From: an uncultured archaeon
GTDB taxonomy: Archaea; Asgardarchaeota; Lokiarchaeia; Sigyniarchaeales; Promethearchaeaceae
Direction: 5' to 3'
NCBI GenBank assembly: GCA_964426185.1
Contig: CAYRPF010000107.1
Coordinates: forward strand, 1 to 7,964
DNA: 7,964 nt
Below, piece after piece: positions 1 through 6,181 of the stretch (its first letter is position 1; every line of letters begins with the position of its first letter). Below the pieces are notes generated by a model. That model was not told where the DNA came from. It saw nothing but the letters and a program-made list of their open reading frames with translations, and did not search any database. Made by a program: the position numbers and the translations under genes.

Positions 1-1246
1 CATAATTGATTTCAAAAGAACCATCAACTTCTTCTCCATAAAGGTTTAATACGGGATAATCTGGTACGGGATTATGGGGATCGTATGTAAATATATCCTT
101 TGTTTCTTGCGTTGGCGCTTTACGTTGAAGTTTACCTGTTCCTTTTGAAGATTGTGCATTTCCATCACTATTTAAGTATAATTCTAGTTTTCCTTTTTCG
201 ATAGAAGGCAAAGCGACATCAAAATTTTGCCATTTATTTTCTCCCATTAAAAACAGCTGAGTTCTTTTCCATTCGGAAACTTCATTTTTGATTCCCTTTA
301 ACCAGTAATCAAACCATTTAAGATGAACTTCTCTCATGTTAAGCACTGCTTGGGGGCCATAATCAATACCCCGGAGCTGTTGCTTTGGAGCTCCTGTTCC
401 TCCATGATTCCAAGGGCCAATCAATAAATAAATTTGGTCTGGTTTTGGGGTATTTTCAAGCACTTTCTGATATGCCCAAAGAGTACCGCGGAGAGAATCA
501 TCATGCCATCCGCTAATAAACAACATCGGGATGTTCATTTGCGAACACTCTTCTTTACTTGCACGATTACTTTTCCAGAATTCGTCTAAATTCGGGTGTT
601 CTAAGATTTTTTGCCAGCTAGAAAGTGTTTTTCCGATTTTTTTATCCATTGTTTTTAATGGTAAATGAAACAAGATATGATCCCAATCAATTGCAGTAAG
701 AATATTGCACTGATTTGATCTTCCACTTACAAAGAAAAGCCATTGAAGGTTCTCCAATCTTGGAATCCCATTACTGAAGGGAATGGTTTCCATCAAATCA
801 GGAACAAGGGCCTGTGGTATTATGGCTTTCAGATAGGGGGGATTTTTTCGGGCAGCATCCCATTGCACCGCACCTTCATAGCTTCCCCCTCGCATTCCCA
901 CATTTCCATTACACCATGGTTGGGCTGCGATCCATTCAATTGTATCATAACCATCATTTCCTTCATTATATTCATCAAAAATTCCATCAGAATCGCCCCT
1001 TCCTCGTACATCTTGGAATACAAAGGCATATCCATGTTGAGCGAAAAATTTTCCGACATTGACACAATATATTTCTTCATTGCCATATGGTGTTCTTTGT
1101 AGAATTGCAGGGAAAGCCCCTTCTTCATATGGTAAATACACTTCGCTAGATAAAAGAGTTCCATCGCGCATTGGTGTTTTTACATCCCATAAAACACGAA
1201 TGGGTTTGTCGGGTTTGTCCGATTTGTCATTGACTTTAGACTCCAT
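1..1246 (-). CDS. CocE/NonD family hydrolase (peptidase S15 / X-Pro dipeptidyl-peptidase-like alpha/beta hydrolase), 3' end outside window
   Basis: Manual translation from ATG at 1246-1244 is open for 415 codons to the window edge: MESKVNDKSDKPDKPIRVLWDVKTPMRDGTLLSSEVYLP...LQRTPYG...FQDVRGRGDSDG...DGYDTIEWIAAQPWCNGNVGMRGGSYEG...ISGWHDD...LIGPWNHG...WFDYWLKG...FTYDPHNPVP. Hallmark CocE motifs are PMRDG, RTPY (oxyanion Tyr54), GGSY nucleophile (Ser122, nt 881-883), GWxD (Asp249) and GPWxH (His281). No signal peptide. Absent from the ORF track because there is no stop in the window. Confidence 0.95.
   Translation of the reverse strand, partial: MESKVNDKSDKPDKPIRVLWDVKTPMRDGTLLSSEVYLPYEEGAFPAILQRTPYGNEEIYCVNVGKFFAQHGYAFVFQDVRGRGDSDGIFDEYNEGNDGYDTIEWIAAQPWCNGNVGMRGGSYEGAVQWDAARKNPPYLKAIIPQALVPDLMETIPFSNGIPRLENLQWLFFVSGRSNQCNILTAIDWDHILFHLPLKTMDKKIGKTLSSWQKILEHPNLDEFWKSNRASKEECSQMNIPMLFISGWHDDSLRGTLWAYQKVLENTPKPDQIYLLIGPWNHGGTGAPKQQLRGIDYGPQAVLNMREVHLKWFDYWLKGIKNEVSEWKRTQLFLMGENKWQNFDVALPSIEKGKLELYLNSDGNAQSSKGTGKLQRKAPTQETKDIFTYDPHNPVPDYPVLNLYGEEVDGSFEINY
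1202..1228 (-). repeat. 3 x 9-bp imperfect in-frame repeat (DKS-DKP-DKP) at the hydrolase N-terminus
   Basis: + strand reads gggtttgtc gggtttgtc cgatttgtc. Confidence 0.7.
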
Positions 1247-1268
1247 GATGTGTTTTTAAAGAAGCGAA

Positions 1269-1286
1269 AATATAAAAACCTTGTCT
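1269..1286 (-). promoter_or_regulatory. Putative archaeal-type BRE/TATA promoter for the hydrolase (leaderless or near-leaderless transcript)
   Basis: - strand reads AGACAAGGTT-TTTATATT. The TATA-like box is centred about 26 nt upstream of the ATG at 1246, and there is no SD before that ATG. Confidence 0.45.
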
Positions 1287-1300
1287 ACATGATGTACACA
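1282..1300. promoter_or_regulatory. Imperfect palindrome, candidate transcription-factor operator
   Basis: TGTCTACAT-G-ATGTACACA: 8 of 9 arm positions are complementary. It lies next to the putative TATA/BRE of the hydrolase. Confidence 0.4.
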
Positions 1301-1336
1301 TATAAATGTAATTATTCTTTTGAAGTAATTAATTAG

Positions 1337-1374
1337 TTTTTGAGTTATACGAGGCGTGTTTTAAAACTCAAAAA
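1337..1374. repeat. 10-bp perfect inverted repeat with 18-nt spacer in the divergent intergenic region
   Basis: TTTTTGAGTT (1337-1346) ... AACTCAAAAA (1365-1374). Confidence 0.55.
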
Positions 1375-1386
1375 AGTTTTACTGAA

Positions 1387-1413
1387 TTGTAATGTTAAGC
1401 TCAATTATTACAA
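1387..1413. promoter_or_regulatory. Inverted repeat TTGTAAT-N13-ATTACAA just upstream of the transporter cluster; candidate operator
   Basis: Arms at 1387-1393 and 1407-1413, ending 3 nt before the ATG at 1417. Confidence 0.35.
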
Positions 1414-1416
1414 ATA

Positions 1417-1956
1417 ATGGTGATTACTCTGGGTAAACCAAAAACAAAGGAAAATGCACTCGAATTTAAATATATCAATTATAATCGTATCGGAGCTATC
1501 TTTTTTATAATTCTTCTCATTTTTATTGGATTTTTTGGCTTCATATGCAATTATTATGGAGAAGGACCTATAGACTCTTCTCTAATATGGTATTATCAAC
1601 TTTTTTTCAAAGTGACATTATCCAAAAATATCTTTTTGTTAAAATCTATTCCTGTACTCCCTCTAATCTTGACTTTTACAGGTTATTACTTGACCAACCG
1701 TGAAGAACTCTCACTTAAAGGAATTAAAATTTCTCTTTATTTTATTCCTTTAACTCACCTTTTATCAATTCTATGGTATTGGTTTAATGTTTCTCAAATA
1801 AATATTGAACCCATACGGCTTTTATTTGCTACTTGGCAAGGTTATCTGACAATATTTCTCACAATCGCTTGTATCTTGTTCGGATCCTTCATTGGTATAA
1901 AGGTCAAACAATATAAACTGCTGAAAAGAAAATTAATTTTAAAAAAGGAAGTATAG
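1417..1956 (+). CDS. Uncharacterised integral membrane protein (about 4 TM), first gene of the ABC cluster
   Basis: 179-aa ORF with hydrophobic segments at about aa 25-45, 72-92, 103-123 and 143-161. N- and C-termini are Lys-rich (both inside by the positive-inside rule). Co-oriented with dppB, 74 nt upstream. Confidence 0.85.
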   Translation: MVITLGKPKTKENALEFKYINYNRIGAIFFIILLIFIGFFGFICNYYGEGPIDSSLIWYYQLFFKVTLSKNIFLLKSIPVLPLILTFTGYYLTNREELSLKGIKISLYFIPLTHLLSILWYWFNVSQINIEPIRLLFATWQGYLTIFLTIACILFGSFIGIKVKQYKLLKRKLILKKEV

Positions 1957-1980
1957 AATTGATTTAAAGGTGTTATTCGA

Positions 1981-2014
1981 ACTAAAAAAATACCAAAACT
2001 AAAAAAATACCAAA
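1981..2014. repeat. Perfect 17-bp tandem duplication in the intergenic region upstream of dppB
   Basis: ACTAAAAAAATACCAAA at 1981-1997 and 1998-2014, followed by a partial degenerate start (GCTA). Confidence 0.9.
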
Positions 2015-2030
2015 GCTAGCGTGAAAAAAT

Positions 2031-3074
2031 ATGGCAAATATGTTAGTGTATATCACAAAAAGGATTTTAATGACAATTCCAATGATCTTGATTTTAATTG
2101 TTTTAACGTGGTTTTTAGCCTATTTAATGCCGGGCGATCCAACATCCTTTTTCCCACCGACAACATCTCCAAGCAAAATTGCAGAATTCAGAGAACTTTG
2201 GGGATTGGATAAGCCGTGGTACGGACAACTATGGACCTACCTCCAAGGGCTTTTTCACGGAGATCTTGGCGAATCAATCCAAGTTTCACCTGGGGCAAAA
2301 GTGGTCGATCTCATGGCAGTTTATATTCCGCGGTCGATTCAAATCGCCATTTTCCCTATCATGCTAATCCCCTTTATAGGTATAAAAACTGCACTTGTTT
2401 CTGTAAAAAATAAAGATAAGTGGCAAGATACATTCGTCCGGGGATTATCGGTCTTATTAATTTCGACTCCAGCCTTCTTTTTTGCACTAATTTTGCAATT
2501 GATATTCGGCTACTGGTTACCAACAAATTTCGGGGAAGATTTTATCAATATTCCCGTGATCGGTCTCTTTTCCCATGAATTGGGAAGTCCACCGACCTTA
2601 ACCGGATTTCGACTAATTGACTGTTTGCTTGCAAATGACTTGCACCTCTTCTTAGATACAGTAGAGCATCTAATATTACCCGTCGCATGCCAAACGCTCT
2701 TGACCTTTGCAGTGGTTACCAGACAAACACGTACGAGTTTACTTGACATATTAGACCAAGATTATATACGTACGGCCAGGGCAAAAGGCTGTTCAAGAGA
2801 TTTTGTATATAATAAGCACGCTTTAAGAAATGCGCTTATTCCAGCCACCACCGTCATCGTTGTGAATGCTGCATATCTACTTGCTGGATCAGTGATAATC
2901 GAAATTTCCTTTGGAATCCGAGGTATGGGCATGATATTCATTGAAGCGCTGACGACTAATGACTATTGGCTTATCGTTGGCAATGTTCTTTATGTAGGGA
3001 TCGTAATTATTCTGGGCAATTTATTAGCTGATTGTTTGTACACGATTATTGATCCAAGGATCATCTATAAATAA
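2031..3074 (+). CDS. dppB: Peptide/nickel ABC transporter permease, DppB/OppB family
   Basis: N-terminal YITKRIL...LMPGDP; WGLDKPWYGQLWTYLQGLFHGDLGES; DppB-type loop TGFRLIDCLL...HLILP; EAA-loop equivalent DYIRTARAKG...KHALRNA; C-terminal ADCLYTIIDPRI. Confidence 0.95.
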   Translation: MANMLVYITKRILMTIPMILILIVLTWFLAYLMPGDPTSFFPPTTSPSKIAEFRELWGLDKPWYGQLWTYLQGLFHGDLGESIQVSPGAKVVDLMAVYIPRSIQIAIFPIMLIPFIGIKTALVSVKNKDKWQDTFVRGLSVLLISTPAFFFALILQLIFGYWLPTNFGEDFINIPVIGLFSHELGSPPTLTGFRLIDCLLANDLHLFLDTVEHLILPVACQTLLTFAVVTRQTRTSLLDILDQDYIRTARAKGCSRDFVYNKHALRNALIPATTVIVVNAAYLLAGSVIIEISFGIRGMGMIFIEALTTNDYWLIVGNVLYVGIVIILGNLLADCLYTIIDPRIIYK

Positions 3075-3114
3075 TATAATCTAAGAGAAATTCACAGTTT
3101 AGAGGAAAAAAAAT

Positions 3115-4182
3115 ATGACCCAAAATAATTCAAACACTTCTGATAATAAAAAAAAATTCTGTTCATGGAAAAAATTCTTATTCAAGCCAGATTTGCCAAA
3201 AAATAACCCGACCGATATTGCATTGATTAAAAATCAAGCAAAGGGTAAGGTGTGGGTAGAATATCTAAAGTTTTTCTTGATTCCCACATACCAGTCAGAT
3301 TCATTCTCAGCTTTAGAGACTGCTCTTATTGAAGAAAATAGCCGAAGGTCAACATTTCGGAAAATGCTAACACCGTTGACGATCATCGGATCGCTTATCA
3401 TTATATTTATGGTGTTTTTGGCAGTATTTGCGCCTTGGTTGTCCCCTTATACTTATAAACAGTTGTCTTTAAGCCAATTTCCTGGCGCTTACGCTCCACC
3501 TTCCCCAGAACACTTTTTAGGAACAACTTTATATGGGCGAGATATATTAGGAAGAATCATATATGGCGCACGTGAATCGCTCACATTAGGGATCTCGGCC
3601 ATTCTAATTAGTTATGTCTTTGGAACGATATTTGGGCTGATTGCCGCCTATTTTGGAGGAAAGGTTGATACGATTATCATGCGTATTTTTGACCTCCTTA
3701 TGACTTTACCAGGACTAGTAATAGTTCTCCTTTTTGGGGCAATATTCGGGAGAACTATGAATGTTTATATGATCTCTTTTGGAATATTGATGATTCCCGA
3801 AAATGCCCGGCTTATCCGGAGTCAAGTGCTTATTGTCAAGCAATGCCAGTATGTTGAAGCCGCGAGAATTTCAGGAGCTAAAGATTTTCGGATTATGTTT
3901 AAACATATTCTCCCGAATTCAATAGCGCCAATGATAATTTCTGCGTCATTTTCAATGGGTGCCACCATTTTAGGTATTACGGCCCTTACTTTTCTGGGTA
4001 TGGGAGAACCTAATGTGGTCGAATGGGGTGGGGATGTCAATCTGGGAAAATCAATGGTTTTCCAAGCCCCTTGGGCATTTTTCTGGCCAGGTTTTTTTAT
4101 AATAATTACAGTTTTTGGGTTTATTTTATTGGGAGACGGATTGGTAGATGTTTTTAATCCACGCAATACCACAGAAAATTAG
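3115..4182 (+). CDS. dppC: Peptide/nickel ABC transporter permease, DppC/OppC family, with extended N-terminus
   Basis: AVFAPWLSPY; PPSPEHFLGTTLYGRDILGRIIYGARESL; EAA motif YVEAARISGAKDFRIMFKHILPN; EWG...APW...PG; LLGDGL...FNPR. GAGG at 3102-3105 precedes the ATG. Confidence 0.95.
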   Translation: MTQNNSNTSDNKKKFCSWKKFLFKPDLPKNNPTDIALIKNQAKGKVWVEYLKFFLIPTYQSDSFSALETALIEENSRRSTFRKMLTPLTIIGSLIIIFMVFLAVFAPWLSPYTYKQLSLSQFPGAYAPPSPEHFLGTTLYGRDILGRIIYGARESLTLGISAILISYVFGTIFGLIAAYFGGKVDTIIMRIFDLLMTLPGLVIVLLFGAIFGRTMNVYMISFGILMIPENARLIRSQVLIVKQCQYVEAARISGAKDFRIMFKHILPNSIAPMIISASFSMGATILGITALTFLGMGEPNVVEWGGDVNLGKSMVFQAPWAFFWPGFFIIITVFGFILLGDGLVDVFNPRNTTEN

Positions 4183-4186
4183 GAGG
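4181..4186 (+). promoter_or_regulatory. Shine-Dalgarno site for the TM-fused dppD
   Basis: AGGAGG, 7 nt before the ATG at 4194 and overlapping the dppC TAG stop. Confidence 0.75.
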
Positions 4187-4193
4187 ATATAAG

Positions 4194-6176
4194 ATGATAT
4201 TATTGTTTATTTTAAGCCAAAAACGTTTGTATGCCATGATATTTGAACAGATATTCTTGATCTTTATGGTATATATCTTGTTTCAAGCCATTAACAAATT
4301 TGGTAAAGGAAAAGATCGTCATTTACCGACGAAATTTCTATTTCGGAAATCTTTTCCCATCATAACAGCCTTAACCATTCCAATTTTTATTGTTCGCTTT
4401 ATCTTGGAATTTATCGGAATCCGGTCGAGTTTACTCTTTTTTCTCGGCCTCCACTTGACCATCGTCTTAGTGATCCATCTCAAAATCTATCAGAAGGGCT
4501 TGATAGAAACAAGGGGAGAAGAACACTTTGACTATTATGCACAATACCACAAAAATTATATAATTTCTATATGGGGATTTCTGATAATTGGCTTTGCTTA
4601 CCAGTCAATAAGATTGGTTGAAAGTTTGACTGATCAGACATTACTTTTACCCAGTATTATGGAGAATTATGAATTTACTGCTATTGTTATGGCTGTGTGT
4701 TATGCAATAACGAAATTAATTAATTTAACAATACAAGAAAATAAACGTTTAGCCCCAATAATCTTTAACAAGTCAATTCTTTTTTCTATGGGCTTGTCTT
4801 GTGGACCTTGGCTTCTTTTCATTACGATATATGGACTGATTGTACGGGCAGCTCCTTTTCAAGTCTTCGGTTTTGGAATTCTAGTCCTTCTTTACATCAT
4901 TACATTCTTAGTCATTTCGCGAATTGTCTCGAAATCAGAGCAAAAGAAATTTGAACAAAAGATGCTCGAAGAATTCCAAGCTAAGTGCAACTCTTGTAAT
5001 TGTGATAACCAGAAAAAGGAAGAAGTTATACTCAGTGTCCGTGATTTAGTTACTTATTTCTATACTGATGAAGGGATTGTAAGGGCTGTGGAAGGAGTTT
5101 CCTTTAATATTTATAACAATGATATTTTAGGATTAGTAGGAGAATCTGGTTGTGGTAAATCTGTGACCGCTCTCTCTATTTTGCGGTTGGTTCGACCGCC
5201 AGGAAAAACTGTAAGTGGACAAGTGCTTTTCCATGATGAAGATCTCCTTAAGAAATCAGAAGATGAGATCTTAAAATATCTAGGAGATAGAATTACCATG
5301 ATTTTCCAAGATCCTTTAAATTCACTTAACCCTGTTTTTAAAATCGGGGATCAGTTAACTGAAGTGTATCATTTACACAAATCCGATGAATTGATTGCTG
5401 CAATGAAGACTTGTGAAGAAAAATTGGCAGATTTAAAGGAAGAATTTGCAAAAATTAATTTACAATTGGAAAAGTTGGAATTCAAAGATGATGATGCTTT
5501 GTTAACGAAAAAACAGGAGTTAGAAAAGGATATTGAAATGCACCAAAAATTCACTTCTCCTTATTCCATTGCACGGGAAAATGTTATCGAATTATTGAAG
5601 GATGTAGGTATCCCAGACCCTGAGATGGTCTATGACCGATATCCACATGAGTTGAGCGGTGGAATGCGACAAAGGGTCATGATTGCAATGGCTTTGGCAT
5701 GTTGTCCAGAACTATTGATCGCGGACGAGCCTACTACTGCTTTGGATGTAACAATTCAAGCCCAAATATTAGATCTTATCGTGGATTTACAGAAAAAATA
5801 TAATACTTCTATCCTTTTCATCACCCATGATTTGGGTATTATCTCACAGATCTGTCAACGCGTTGCGGTTATGTACTGTGGATATATAGTCGAATATGGA
5901 AATGCAAAAGATATCTTTCAAAATCCAAGCCATCCATATACCCAAGGATTACTCGAAGCTATTCCACGAATCGGTATAGAAAAAGATAAATTGCCTGAGA
6001 TCCCGGGGTCTGTTCCAAACCTTTTACACCCACCAACGGGATGTCGATTCCATCCCAGGTGTAAGCATCGTTTTGAGCCTTGTGATAAGGTCACGCCCAA
6101 AATGATTGAAGTGGGTAAAAACAAGTTTGTTGCCTGCCATTTATATGATCCAGCTTATGTTCCACAAGAGGTGTAA
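4194..6176 (+). CDS. dppD: DppD/OppD-type ABC ATPase fused to an N-terminal ~7-TM domain of unknown function
   Basis: aa 13-245 contain seven hydrophobic segments. The NBD starts at about aa 279: Walker A GESGCGKS (316-323), Q-loop FQDP, signature LSGGMRQR, Walker B LLIADEPTTALD, H-loop ITHD, HPYT motif and C-terminal CRFHPRC-x6-C-x17-C. Confidence 0.93.
   Translation: MILLFILSQKRLYAMIFEQIFLIFMVYILFQAINKFGKGKDRHLPTKFLFRKSFPIITALTIPIFIVRFILEFIGIRSSLLFFLGLHLTIVLVIHLKIYQKGLIETRGEEHFDYYAQYHKNYIISIWGFLIIGFAYQSIRLVESLTDQTLLLPSIMENYEFTAIVMAVCYAITKLINLTIQENKRLAPIIFNKSILFSMGLSCGPWLLFITIYGLIVRAAPFQVFGFGILVLLYIITFLVISRIVSKSEQKKFEQKMLEEFQAKCNSCNCDNQKKEEVILSVRDLVTYFYTDEGIVRAVEGVSFNIYNNDILGLVGESGCGKSVTALSILRLVRPPGKTVSGQVLFHDEDLLKKSEDEILKYLGDRITMIFQDPLNSLNPVFKIGDQLTEVYHLHKSDELIAAMKTCEEKLADLKEEFAKINLQLEKLEFKDDDALLTKKQELEKDIEMHQKFTSPYSIARENVIELLKDVGIPDPEMVYDRYPHELSGGMRQRVMIAMALACCPELLIADEPTTALDVTIQAQILDLIVDLQKKYNTSILFITHDLGIISQICQRVAVMYCGYIVEYGNAKDIFQNPSHPYTQGLLEAIPRIGIEKDKLPEIPGSVPNLLHPPTGCRFHPRCKHRFEPCDKVTPKMIEVGKNKFVACHLYDPAYVPQEV
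6168..6173 (+). promoter_or_regulatory. Shine-Dalgarno site for the TM-fused dppF
   Basis: GAGGTG in the last codons of dppD, 8 nt before the ATG at 6182. Confidence 0.65.
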
Positions 6177-6181
6177 ATAAA

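Noticed and set aside
836-841. Possible frameshift at the G6 run within the hydrolase
   Set aside because: With six G's the frame reads through cleanly (RKNPPYLKAIIP), so the gene is intact here.
743-1259. Track ORFs 743..1102 (+), 814..1062 (+), 829..1164 (-) and 1059..1259 (+)
   Set aside because: All overlap the clear CocE/NonD gene on the - strand and are shadow or alternative-frame ORFs with no recognisable motifs.
1326-1335. Palindrome TAATTAATTA
   Set aside because: Pure A/T and expected by chance in an AT-rich intergenic region.
1981-2014. 17-bp repeat as a CRISPR remnant or insertion target-site duplication
   Set aside because: There are only two directly adjacent copies, with no spacer and no cas or transposase gene nearby.
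2021-2749. Short ORFs 2021..2212, 2179..2367, 2216..2413 (+) and 2510..2749 (-)
   Set aside because: They overlap dppB in alternative frames or antisense and show no protein-like features.
4194-4930. 7-TM domain as a microbial rhodopsin or an ABC exporter TMD
   Set aside because: The seventh helix (FQVFGFGILVLLYIITFLVISRIV) has no retinal-binding DxxxK lysine. The helices and loops lack the long intracellular extensions of exporter TMDs, and the NBD is clearly DppD-type.
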